The position numbers and the translations under genes are program-made. A DNA stretch of 64,000 bases from Bacteroidia bacterium (lineage in GTDB: Bacteria; Bacteroidota; Bacteroidia; NS11-12g; UBA955): positions 10,439 to 74,438 of the forward strand of contig JAOASJ010000119.1 of NCBI GenBank assembly GCA_030158725.1, read 5' to 3'. Below the pieces are notes generated by a model. It was not told where the DNA came from. It saw nothing but the letters and a program-made list of their open reading frames with translations, and did no database searches. The stretch's first letter is position 1. Every line of letters starts with the position of its first letter. Below are positions 48,292-57,488 of this stretch, piece by piece.

Positions 48292-48597
48292 ATGATTATT
48301 TACAACGTTACCTGCAATATTCCTGAAACAATAGAGTCAGAATGGGTTCATTGGATGAAACACGAACACATTCCTGAAGTTATAGCTACAGAAAAATTCA
48401 CAGGCTTCAAAATGTTGAAACTTTTAACGAATGTTGAGGACAATGAAGGCGTTAATTATGCCATTCAATATTTTTGCCATTCAATCGAAGACTATAATGA
48501 TTATTCAGAAAATTTTGGCCCTGCTTTGAAGGCCAAAACTTATGCTAAATATGGAGATAAAGTTCTTGCATTTAGAACTTTATTGGAAGAGGTTTAA
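48292..48597 (+). CDS. DUF4286-family protein
   Basis: MIIYNVT, W..WMK.EHIP, Y.IQY, F.TLLE; ATG 48292. Confidence 0.85.
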   Translation: MIIYNVTCNIPETIESEWVHWMKHEHIPEVIATEKFTGFKMLKLLTNVEDNEGVNYAIQYFCHSIEDYNDYSENFGPALKAKTYAKYGDKVLAFRTLLEEV

Positions 48598-50772
48598 TTA
48601 TAGGTTTTCTATAATATAATCGGTTATTTTTTGCATTAAATGCACACGGTCTTTTCCCAATACATTGTGTTTGTGACCTGGATAAACAAAATAGTCTAGG
48701 TAAGTATTACCAACATCGACAGCTGATTTGCAATACAACAAACTATGTTGCCATAAAACAACATCATCATCACAACCATGTATCATTAATAATTTGTCTT
48801 GAAGGTTATTGACATAATTAGTCAGATTCGCGTTTTTGTATCCTTCAGGGTTTTCAGTTGGGGTATCCATGTATCTCTCGGTGTACATGATTTCGTATAA
48901 GCTCCAATCGATAACAGGTCCACCAGCTACACCAACTTTAAATACGCCTGCTTGTCGGGTCATTAAACTTGTTGTCATAAAGCCACCAAAGCTCCACCCG
49001 TGGACTGCAATTCTGTTTGCGTCAACATATGGCAAGTTTTTAAGATAATTTACTCCAGCAATTTGATCTGCCATTTCAATTGTTCCTAAATTTCTGAAAG
49101 TAGCACTTTCGAATTCATGTCCTCTATTTGAAGAACCTCTATTGTCAAGGGTGAAAACAATATATCCTTTTTGAGCCATTAATTGCATCCATAAATTACT
49201 TCCTGCAAGCCAAGAATTGCTAATCATTTGCGCATGTGGACCTCCATAAACATAAACAACAACAGGGTATTTTTTTGTTTTGTCATAATTCGGTGGTGTA
49301 ATCATTCTGCAGTAAAGCACTGTTCCCTCGTTGATAATTGGAAAAATACTTGTTTCTCCCAAAACATAATCTGACAATGGATTTGGTGCATCAAGCAACA
49401 TTTTTATTTGATCGCCTTTTTGGTTTTTAATAAGGATTCTTTTAGGAACAGTTGTGCTAGAATAAGCATCAATGAAATGACTAAATGTAGAGTTGAAAAT
49501 TGCCATGTGGGTTCCTTGGTCAGTACTTAATTTTTTAATGTCTCCATTGTCTATGTTCACACTGTAGATATGGCGTTCTAAAGGGCTTTCTTTACTTGAC
49601 TCAAAGTAGGCATATTCACCTTTTGAATCAATTCCTAAAAGCTTAGTAACCATCCATTTTCCAGAGGTTAATTGGCGTATCATTTTGCCATTGGTATTGT
49701 ATAGATACAAATGGTTAAAACCATCTCTTTCACTTTGCCAAATGAATTTATTTGTTTCGTTTGGTAAAAAATAAAATCCATGTTGTGGTTCAATATATTT
49801 CTCATCGCGTTCTTCAAATAGAACTTTATCTAAAGTTCCACTATTGGTGTTGTAACGGTTTATGAAATCTTGATTTTGTCCTCTGTTAACAATAGCCATG
49901 TATAGATATTCTTCATCAGGACCCCAAGCAATATTGGTTAAGTATTGGTCAAAAGGCTCACCAGTTTCAAGGTAGGTAACTTTTTGTGTGCTAAGATCAA
50001 ATATTCCAACAGTAACATGGTGGCTTTTTGCTCCTGCAATTGGGTATTTGATCATGTTTACGGTTGCAGGCATTTTACTGTTATCATATATTGCGTAGTC
50101 GCTAACCATACTTTCATCCATTCTATAGAAGGCTAATTTGTTGCCACTAGGACTCCAAAATAGGCCTTTGTCTATACCAAATTCGTTGCGGTGCACTGTT
50201 TGGCCATAAACTATTCCTTTTCCGCCATCGGTTGTTATTTGTTTAATACCATTGCTAGAAACGATATAAATATTATCGTTTTCTACATAAGCAACTTGAT
50301 TGTTGCCATAGTTGTATTCATTAGAACTTGCATTTTTTGAGATACTTAAAATAAGTCTAAATGCTTGGGATGGTATATTGAAGTTAAGGTATTCGTTGTC
50401 TTTAAATATTTTAATGTTATCATTATCTATCCATTCAAACGCTGGAAATGATTTAAACATTAATCCACTTTTATAGGTATTAGCTGCGCTGTTAAGACTT
50501 TCAAGGCTGACGCTACTATCTTCTTTGTTTGTTTCAATATCTACTATAATTAGTTTTTGTGGCTTACTTGATTTTACATAAGCATATTTGCTGCCACCTG
50601 GAAGCCATTGCAAAGCACTAAGGCTTTGTGTGCGGAGTGATTTATTGTTTTCTTTATCAAACATTAATATGGCTTCATCCATATTTAAATATTTAGTTCC
50701 TTGTGCATAGAGTGAAATTGAACAAAGAATTAGAAAAGCAGTTAAAATTGATTTGAAATGGTTTGAATGCAT
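48598..50772 (-). CDS. S9B dipeptidyl-peptidase IV-like protein
   Basis: Signal peptide LYA|Q, beta-propeller (FWSPSG), VYGGPH, GWSFGG, IHG..DD.V, His in YPGHKH. Confidence 0.93.
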   Translation of the reverse strand: MHSNHFKSILTAFLILCSISLYAQGTKYLNMDEAILMFDKENNKSLRTQSLSALQWLPGGSKYAYVKSSKPQKLIIVDIETNKEDSSVSLESLNSAANTYKSGLMFKSFPAFEWIDNDNIKIFKDNEYLNFNIPSQAFRLILSISKNASSNEYNYGNNQVAYVENDNIYIVSSNGIKQITTDGGKGIVYGQTVHRNEFGIDKGLFWSPSGNKLAFYRMDESMVSDYAIYDNSKMPATVNMIKYPIAGAKSHHVTVGIFDLSTQKVTYLETGEPFDQYLTNIAWGPDEEYLYMAIVNRGQNQDFINRYNTNSGTLDKVLFEERDEKYIEPQHGFYFLPNETNKFIWQSERDGFNHLYLYNTNGKMIRQLTSGKWMVTKLLGIDSKGEYAYFESSKESPLERHIYSVNIDNGDIKKLSTDQGTHMAIFNSTFSHFIDAYSSTTVPKRILIKNQKGDQIKMLLDAPNPLSDYVLGETSIFPIINEGTVLYCRMITPPNYDKTKKYPVVVYVYGGPHAQMISNSWLAGSNLWMQLMAQKGYIVFTLDNRGSSNRGHEFESATFRNLGTIEMADQIAGVNYLKNLPYVDANRIAVHGWSFGGFMTTSLMTRQAGVFKVGVAGGPVIDWSLYEIMYTERYMDTPTENPEGYKNANLTNYVNNLQDKLLMIHGCDDDVVLWQHSLLYCKSAVDVGNTYLDYFVYPGHKHNVLGKDRVHLMQKITDYIIENL

Positions 50773-50936
50773 TTGAATTGTATTTGCAGCAAATTTGCAA
50801 AAAAATAAGGGTAAATAAAATACAGAAGTGAAAGAGTGATTTTAAAGTCTGAGAATTTCAATAAGCTCCTAGCTAATTGGATTTGATGTTTCATGGTTTT
50901 TTGCGTTATTTTGTACTGACTTTAAAATATTTTATA

Positions 50937-51767
50937 ATGACAGAAATGCAAGAATTAAGAAATCGTATAGAAGCAGCGTGGGACAATAGAGAACTATTGA
51001 AAGACGAAGTAACAAAGAAAGCGATTTTGTCATTGATTGAATCGTTAGACAAAGGTCTAATTCGTGTTGCTGAGCCAAAAGAAAACGGAGAAGGTTGGCA
51101 AGTAAATGAATGGGTAAAAAAGGGTGTTATTCTTTATTTCCCGACTCAACAAATAGAAACAGAAAAATTAGGATCCTATGAATTTTGCGATAAAATCCCA
51201 TTGAAGAATGACTATGCCTCACAAGGTGTTAGGGCGGTTATGGGCTCTGTTGCTAGATATGGTGCTTTTATAAACAAAGGTGTAATCTTAATGCCTAGTT
51301 TTGTTAATATTGGTGCATACGTAGATTCAGGTACTATGGTAGACACTTGGGCCACTGTAGGCTCTTGTGCTCAAATTGGTAAAAATGTACATCTAAGTGG
51401 TGGTGTTGGTATTGGTGGTGTTTTAGAGCCAGTACAAGCAGCGCCAGTTATAATTGAAGACGATTGTTTTATTGGGTCAAGATGCATAGTTGTAGAAGGT
51501 GCACATATTGGCAAAGAAGCAGTATTAGGAGCTGGCGTTACGATTACACAATCAACTAAAATCATTGATGTAACAGGTGCTGAGCCTGTGACATATAAAG
51601 GTTATGTTCCTGAAAGATCTGTTGTTATACCAGGTTCATATGAGAAAGAATTTCCTGCTGGAAAGTACCATGTACCTTGTGCAATAATTATTGGTAAACG
51701 AAAACCAAGTACAGATTTGAAAACTTCATTGAATGATGCATTACGTGATTTTAATGTAGCTGTCTAA
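50937..51767 (+). CDS. dapD: 2,3,4,5-tetrahydropyridine-2,6-dicarboxylate N-succinyltransferase
   Basis: W.VNEWVKK, DKIPLK, MPSFVNIGAYVD.GTMVDTWATVGSCAQIG, GGVLEP, LND.LR. Start moved to ATG 50937. Confidence 0.96.
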   Translation: MTEMQELRNRIEAAWDNRELLKDEVTKKAILSLIESLDKGLIRVAEPKENGEGWQVNEWVKKGVILYFPTQQIETEKLGSYEFCDKIPLKNDYASQGVRAVMGSVARYGAFINKGVILMPSFVNIGAYVDSGTMVDTWATVGSCAQIGKNVHLSGGVGIGGVLEPVQAAPVIIEDDCFIGSRCIVVEGAHIGKEAVLGAGVTITQSTKIIDVTGAEPVTYKGYVPERSVVIPGSYEKEFPAGKYHVPCAIIIGKRKPSTDLKTSLNDALRDFNVAV

Positions 51768-52849
51768 TGAATATTGGATTTGATGCAAAACGGTATTTTC
51801 ATAATAAATCAGGTTTAGGCAATTACAGCCGTGACCTAGTCAATAGTCTGATTAAATTACACCCGGACAATAAATATTATTTATTTGATCCGAGTCCTTC
51901 TACTTTAAATCTTCCACCAAATACGATCGCTGCGGTACCTCAAAATAACTCAATGTTTTGGAGGATAAAGGGCATACAAAAAGATATTGAATTGCATAAG
52001 ATCGATGTTTATCATGGATTAAGCAACGAATTGCCCTTTGGAAAATGGCCGGAAAAAACAAAAAAGGTTGTCACTATTCACGATGTGATTTTTAGAACTT
52101 TTCCAAACCATTACTCGGTCTTGGATAGAGAAATTTATCATCAAAAGACCAAGCATGCCTTGAAGATTGCGGATCATGTAGTTGCTACAAGTCAGTCGAC
52201 TGCAGATGATTTAATAAAACTTTATGGTGCTGCAGAGGATAAATTAAGTGTGGTCTATCAAACATGCGGCGAAGGTCATTGGAAATCATATACCCATGAT
52301 GCACTTAATAGCTTTGCATTTAATAAACGTTTACCGTCTAAGTTTGCTTTATATGTAAGTAGTTTTCAAACAAGGAAGAATCATCTTCAATTGTTAAAAG
52401 GACTTAAAGCATCTGGGTTGAAAGATTTTAATTTGGTTCTTGCCGGCAAAAAGGGAGAAACCTTAATGGCCTGTCACCAATATATCATTGAAAATGGCTT
52501 AAGCAAACAGGTTATTATTTTAAATGACTTACAAAACTCTGAATTGCCTTTGTTGTATAGATGTGCTAGTTCATTTATTTATCCTAGCATGGTAGAAGGC
52601 TTTGGTATTCCATTAATAGAAGCGGCTTGTGCTGGTTTGCCCCTTGCGGTAAATGATATTCCTGTATTTAGAGAGTTGGCGCCAGTGTCTGCATTGAAGT
52701 TTGAAGCCGCTGACGAAAATTCAATAGCAGCATCAATTTTACATTTGAGTAAAATGGATAAATTGGATTATAGTTTGTATTTGGAAAAATTTAAAACAGA
52801 GTATGCAACAGAGAAAATGTATTCCATTTACACTTCTCTTTTTTCTTAA
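51767..52849 (+). CDS. Glycosyltransferase family 4 (GT-B)
   Basis: IGFDAKR...N.SGLGNYSR, VTIHD.IF, PS..EGFGIPLIEA; TAATG coupling to dapD. Confidence 0.9.
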   Translation: MNIGFDAKRYFHNKSGLGNYSRDLVNSLIKLHPDNKYYLFDPSPSTLNLPPNTIAAVPQNNSMFWRIKGIQKDIELHKIDVYHGLSNELPFGKWPEKTKKVVTIHDVIFRTFPNHYSVLDREIYHQKTKHALKIADHVVATSQSTADDLIKLYGAAEDKLSVVYQTCGEGHWKSYTHDALNSFAFNKRLPSKFALYVSSFQTRKNHLQLLKGLKASGLKDFNLVLAGKKGETLMACHQYIIENGLSKQVIILNDLQNSELPLLYRCASSFIYPSMVEGFGIPLIEAACAGLPLAVNDIPVFRELAPVSALKFEAADENSIAASILHLSKMDKLDYSLYLEKFKTEYATEKMYSIYTSLFS

Positions 52850-52852
52850 CTA

Positions 52853-53857
52853 TTATTTATTTTTTAGAGCAAGTTGCCAATTCCAAGAAGAAGCTAACAT
52901 TTCATTTAAATCTAGTTGAGCTTCCCAGCCAAGCTTTAATTTGGCTTTTGATGCATCGGCCCAAACCTTTTCAACATCGCCTGGTCTGCGTGGACCGATA
53001 GAGTAGTTAAGTTTTATATTATTAACCTTTTCGAAGGTGTTTATTATTTCTAAAACGGTAAATCCATTTCCGGTTCCAATATTAATCACTTCGAACTTGT
53101 TCTCGGGATTTTCTTTAATGAAAGTAAGCGCTTTCACGTGGGCGTCAGCTAAATCAACTACATGTATATAGTCTCTTACGCAAGTGCCGTCTTTGGTGTT
53201 GTAATCACTGCCAAAAACAGTAAGCTTTTCACGGATTCCAGCTGCGGTTTGGGTGATAAAAGGGACTAAGTTATTAGGCACACCAAGAGGAAGTTCACCA
53301 ATTTTACTGCTCGGATGGGCACCTATCGGATTAAAGTATCTAAGAGAAACAGTATTAAGGAATTTGCAATCTTGTAATATGTCTTCACCAATTTGTTTGG
53401 TTCTGCCATAAGGCGAATTTGCTTTCTTAGTCACAGCGGCTTCATTTACCGGTGAAGAATCTGGTTCACCATAAACGGTGCATGAAGAGCTAAATACAAT
53501 GTTTTTAACTTTAAATGTTTCCATTGTGTCCAACAAAGTATTTAAGCCATTAATATTATTGATGTAATATTTGAGAGGCTTTTCAACTGATTCTCCAACC
53601 GCTTTAAATGCGGCAAAGTGAATAACTGCATCTATTTGATGTTTTGAAAAAACCTCTGATAAAGCTGGGCCATTACAAATATCAATGTTATAATAATCAA
53701 GTTTCGAGTTCGTAATAGATTCTAGTCTTTCTAGAACTGCGATTTCGGTATTGCTAAGATTATCGATGATAATTGGTGTGTAATTGTTTTTTATCAATTC
53801 AACCACTGTGTGTGAACCAATATAACCTAAGCCACCTGTAACTAATATGTTTCTCAT
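52853..53857 (-). CDS. galE: UDP-glucose 4-epimerase
   Basis: VTGGLGYIGSH, HFAAFKAVGES, FSSSCTVYG, YGRTK, LRYFNPIGAH, RDYIHV. Confidence 0.96.
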   Translation of the reverse strand: MRNILVTGGLGYIGSHTVVELIKNNYTPIIIDNLSNTEIAVLERLESITNSKLDYYNIDICNGPALSEVFSKHQIDAVIHFAAFKAVGESVEKPLKYYINNINGLNTLLDTMETFKVKNIVFSSSCTVYGEPDSSPVNEAAVTKKANSPYGRTKQIGEDILQDCKFLNTVSLRYFNPIGAHPSSKIGELPLGVPNNLVPFITQTAAGIREKLTVFGSDYNTKDGTCVRDYIHVVDLADAHVKALTFIKENPENKFEVINIGTGNGFTVLEIINTFEKVNNIKLNYSIGPRRPGDVEKVWADASKAKLKLGWEAQLDLNEMLASSWNWQLALKNK

Positions 53858-54429
53858 GAAATTCTATTTACGATTCCGTTTAATAATTGATATTTTTGAT
53901 TGCTTTCAGGGCATGTGGCCATTCCATTTGAATCAAAAATTAGTTTATGACCATATTCACTCATCCAAGCAGATTGAAAGCCTGGATTGCCTATAAATAA
54001 AGCGTAATCTGGAATATCTTTGGTGATAACTGCACCAGCGCCAACAAAGGAGAATTTTCCAAGTGTATGACCGCAAACTATTGTGGCATTTGCACCAATA
54101 CTGGCACCGGTTTTAACAATGGTCTTTTTGTATTGATCTTGTCGTGAGACAGCGCTTCTTGGGTTTATCACATTGGTAAATACCACACTTGGACCGATAA
54201 AAACATCATCCTCACAAATCACACCCGTGTAAAGGGAAACGTTGTTTTGGATTTTTACATTATTACCAATTTCAACTTGAGGTGAGACCACGACGTTTTG
54301 ACCAATATTACAATTTTGACCAATTATAGAATTGGGCATAATATGGCTGAAGTGCCAAATTTTAGTGCCTGAGCCAATTTGACAACCTTCGTCTATTACA
54401 GCACTAGGGTGAACAAAATATTCAGGCAT
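53854..54429 (-). CDS. wbpD: Hexapeptide-repeat N-acetyltransferase, WbpD/WlbB type
   Basis: H.SA.ID.G..IG..TKIWHFSH, IQNNVS.Y.GV..ED.VF.GPS.VFTNV.NPRS, GANAT.VCG. Confidence 0.8.
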   Translation of the reverse strand: MPEYFVHPSAVIDEGCQIGSGTKIWHFSHIMPNSIIGQNCNIGQNVVVSPQVEIGNNVKIQNNVSLYTGVICEDDVFIGPSVVFTNVINPRSAVSRQDQYKKTIVKTGASIGANATIVCGHTLGKFSFVGAGAVITKDIPDYALFIGNPGFQSAWMSEYGHKLIFDSNGMATCPESNQKYQLLNGIVNRIS

Positions 54430-54442
54430 TTAGATTTAAAAA

Positions 54443-55708
54443 TTAAAGTCCAAGTACTTTTTCAGCAGGAGTTCTACCATCGAATAGCATCTCCGGATTT
54501 TCTAGTAACTGTTTAACTCTTACTAGGAAACTTACACTTTCTCTTCCGTCGATAATTCTATGGTCATAAGATAATGCAACATACATAATCGGTCTGATAA
54601 CGATTTGTCCATTTTCAACCATTGGTCTTTCAACGATATTGTGCATACCAAGGATAGCAGATTGTGGAGGGTTAATAATTGGAGTACTCATCATACTTCC
54701 AAAAACACCACCATTTGTAATGGTAAATGTACCACCACTCATTTCCTCCATAGATAATTTATTGTCTCTTGCTTTTCCTGCAAGTCTTTTAACTTCTTTT
54801 TCAATTTCAGCAAGACTCAATGATTCAGCATTACGAATTACTGGTACTACCAATCCACGAGGGCCAGAAACAGCTATTGAAATATCGCAGTAATCATTGA
54901 ATTGAATTTGATCGCCATCAATAAAGGCATTTACAGCAGGCCAATCAAGTAAGGCTATGCAACATGCTCTTGTGAAGAAGCTCATAAAACCAAGACCAAC
55001 TTCATGCTTTTCAGCAAAAATAGTTTTGTATTTATTTCTCAAATCCATGATTGGTTTCATGTTAACTTCATTGAATGTGGTTAACATTGCAGTTTCGTTT
55101 TTGGCTGCAACCAATCTTTTAGCAACCGTTTTTCTTAGGTTACTCATTTTTTCAACTCTGGTGTTTCTTTCACCAGAAGTGCTGTATTTATTAGTGCTAG
55201 AGGTGCTTCCGCCTTTTGCAACGATAGCTTCTAATACATCTGTTCTGTTAATTCTGCCATTAGGGCCACTGCCTTTAACTTGTGCAGGTTTTAATCCATA
55301 AGCCAACATTAATTCTTTTGCCAATGGAGCAATATGAACATCTGAGTCCATTGAAATACTTGCCGCAGGTGCAGGAGCTGATTTTTCTTCAACTTTCTTT
55401 TCAGCCTTAGCAGGAGCTGCAGCTTCTTTTTTTGCCTCAGCTTTAGGGGCGGTGTTTTCAGGTGCTTTTGCAGTTTCGTCTATTTCAACGATTACAGAAC
55501 CAACTTTGATTTCGTCGCCTTCTTTAGCCAATTGTTTGGTTAGAACACCCGCAGATTCAGCGTTGACTTCAAATGTTGCTTTTTCACTTTCAAGTTCAAC
55601 AAGAGGTTCATCAAGTTGGACATAATCACCTACTTGTTTCAGCCATTTAGAAACGGTAACTTCACTAATGGATTCACCTGGACTGGGAACTTTGATTTCG
55701 ATTGACAT
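54443..55708 (-). CDS. sucB: 2-oxoglutarate dehydrogenase E2 (dihydrolipoyllysine succinyltransferase)
   Basis: Lipoyl domain ([10 protein letters not shown]), E3-binding [34 protein letters not shown]. Confidence 0.95.
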   Translation of the reverse strand: MSIEIKVPSPGESISEVTVSKWLKQVGDYVQLDEPLVELESEKATFEVNAESAGVLTKQLAKEGDEIKVGSVIVEIDETAKAPENTAPKAEAKKEAAAPAKAEKKVEEKSAPAPAASISMDSDVHIAPLAKELMLAYGLKPAQVKGSGPNGRINRTDVLEAIVAKGGSTSSTNKYSTSGERNTRVEKMSNLRKTVAKRLVAAKNETAMLTTFNEVNMKPIMDLRNKYKTIFAEKHEVGLGFMSFFTRACCIALLDWPAVNAFIDGDQIQFNDYCDISIAVSGPRGLVVPVIRNAESLSLAEIEKEVKRLAGKARDNKLSMEEMSGGTFTITNGGVFGSMMSTPIINPPQSAILGMHNIVERPMVENGQIVIRPIMYVALSYDHRIIDGRESVSFLVRVKQLLENPEMLFDGRTPAEKVLGL

Positions 55709-55728
55709 ACTGAGCTTATAACTTTCCG

Positions 55729-55736
55729 CAAAAATA
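55729..55736 (-). promoter_or_regulatory. -7 element (TATTTTTG) for sucB-wbpD-galE
   Basis: Exact consensus 20 nt before the ATG. Confidence 0.6.
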
Positions 55737-55841
55737 GGTCAATTTTATAAGATGCACAAATAGAGAAATGTAAGAATAGGAATTAATGCCAAATTAAGTG
55801 CAAATTTGGCAACGATTAGTTGTGGTTAAATCATTTTAAAA

Positions 55842-56363
55842 CTACCAAACATGGGTGTGGTTGTTCCACCATTTGTCTTGGATTTTTAAAGTCATTTCCA
55901 AAACATCTCTTACGCAACCTTTGCCACCATTTAAGGGAGATATGTAATGGCAGATAGATTTTATGTCTTTTGCAGCATCTTGAGGGCATGTAGCCAATCC
56001 AACCAATTTTAGCAATTCATAATCTGGCATGTCATCACCCATATACAAAATTTCACTAGGGCTTAAATTGTATTTGCTTAAAAAAGATTCAAATGCTGCT
56101 TTTTTGTGTTGTTGACCCACATGTATATCACTTAAACCGAGTGCTTGAAAACGTTTAATGATGCCTTGAGAGTTGCCGCCAGAAATAATTGCTATTGGAT
56201 AATTCAGTTTGTTGGCATGCTGAATGGCATATCCATCTTTAATGTTGAATGTTCTAAGGAATTGCCCATCTTCGGTTGCAAATACGCTGCCTTCGGTCAT
56301 TACACCATCAACATCAAAAACAAATGCTTTAATGTTCTTTAGTTTGTCATGGATTATTTCCAT
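55842..56363 (-). CDS. kdsC: HAD phosphatase, KDO-8-phosphate phosphatase (KdsC/YrbI) family
   Basis: FDVDGVMT, F..KDGY.I, IISGG, YMGDDMPD, GG.GCVRDV. Confidence 0.88.
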   Translation of the reverse strand: MEIIHDKLKNIKAFVFDVDGVMTEGSVFATEDGQFLRTFNIKDGYAIQHANKLNYPIAIISGGNSQGIIKRFQALGLSDIHVGQQHKKAAFESFLSKYNLSPSEILYMGDDMPDYELLKLVGLATCPQDAAKDIKSICHYISPLNGGKGCVRDVLEMTLKIQDKWWNNHTHVW

Positions 56364-57420
56364 TTGTTATTTCAGGGATTAAATTTTTCGAAATTATTTC
56401 ATCGTAGATGATGCCGGCGGATATTTCAGAGCCATCGTTTGTAAAATGGTATCCATCATAAAAAAATCTTGAATCTTTAGGCAATCGAGCATTCAAGTTG
56501 ATAAAAGGAATGTTTTTAGATTCTGCAAAATCAAAGGTTACCTTGTTGTACATTTTAAGAATGTAGGCACGGGTTTTACCATTGATATTACCAGTTTTTA
56601 AGTCGCCTAAATAGGTGTTGCTATACAGGTCCTTTTCATCTGAAAATAGGATACTTTGCGCGACGAAAATCAGTTTTATATTGTTCTCTTGGCATATTTT
56701 AGCAAATTCACTAATTCTTGATTTGTAACCTGCCAAATATTTTTGTTCATTTTCTAAACGCTTGTAAACTGATGAATCATCCATTTTTAAAGTCTCAGCT
56801 TTGCTTATGTCTGCAATAAATTGGTGGTTTAGTCCAGCTTCTTTTGCTTTTCCTGCTCTGGTAATATTTAAGATTGTAGATGGAATTTCAAGGAAATTGT
56901 AAACTTTCTTGACTAAAGATTTGTTTTCGTCAAAATTACTTGGTGCTTCTAGTCCCATGTCATTTAAACCACACATTAAGATGATGTAATTTGGCTTTAA
57001 TTTGACAATGTATTGTTTCAGCATTTGAAGATTGCCAAATGAAGATTGACCGTCCATTCCGGCGTTGTTAAGCCAAGAGGCAGGGTAATCATTTTTGATT
57101 TTACTTCCAAGTACAGCTGGCCAATCTTTTCCATCGTTCAAATAAAAACATTCGGTAGTGCTTCCACCCATACAAATGACTTTAAGGTTGTCATTAACGC
57201 TTAATTCAGGACCTCTGAACCCCAAACTGTTTTTTGTGTGAATTAGTTTGCTGTCTAGGCCTTGATAAAAAGGTAAGTCTAAAACATATTTCGTATTCTT
57301 GGGCAATATGATTTCACCATTTTTAACCCTAGAAGAAAAAGGGTTATAAATATGAAGGGTAAATTCTAGGCAAGCCAGTACAAGAAAGACGAATGCACAA
57401 ATTTTCAGAAACCTTTTCAT
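56347..57420 (-). CDS. Membrane-anchored SGNH/GDSL hydrolase-family protein
   Basis: N-terminal TM, N..GFRGPE, block I GGSTT, block II NAG, block III GLND, block V DGYH. Confidence 0.85.
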   Translation of the reverse strand: MKRFLKICAFVFLVLACLEFTLHIYNPFSSRVKNGEIILPKNTKYVLDLPFYQGLDSKLIHTKNSLGFRGPELSVNDNLKVICMGGSTTECFYLNDGKDWPAVLGSKIKNDYPASWLNNAGMDGQSSFGNLQMLKQYIVKLKPNYIILMCGLNDMGLEAPSNFDENKSLVKKVYNFLEIPSTILNITRAGKAKEAGLNHQFIADISKAETLKMDDSSVYKRLENEQKYLAGYKSRISEFAKICQENNIKLIFVAQSILFSDEKDLYSNTYLGDLKTGNINGKTRAYILKMYNKVTFDFAESKNIPFINLNARLPKDSRFFYDGYHFTNDGSEISAGIIYDEIISKNLIPEITNGNNP

Positions 57421-57425
57421 AACGG

Positions 57426-57433
57426 CAAAGGTA
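57426..57433 (-). promoter_or_regulatory. -7 element (TACCTTTG), 5 nt before the SGNH ATG
   Basis: Exact consensus, CCGTT spacer. Confidence 0.7.
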
Positions 57434-57476
57434 TATAAAATTGATAATGGTCAATACGTTCATTCAATAAATTCAT

Positions 57477-57484
57477 TAAATTTG
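57477..57484 (+). promoter_or_regulatory. -7 element (TAAATTTG), 4 nt before the ALDH ATG
   Basis: Exact consensus, CAAT spacer. Confidence 0.7.
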
Positions 57485-57488
57485 CAAT

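Noticed and set aside
50773-50936. Possible lysine riboswitch upstream of dapD
   Set aside because: Region is AT-rich, shared with a divergent promoter, and shows no multi-stem GC pairing.
55787-55811. 9-bp stem TGCCAAATT-N7-AATTTGGCA downstream of kdsC
   Set aside because: Weak stem and no clear U-tract; possible terminator, but not supported enough to list.
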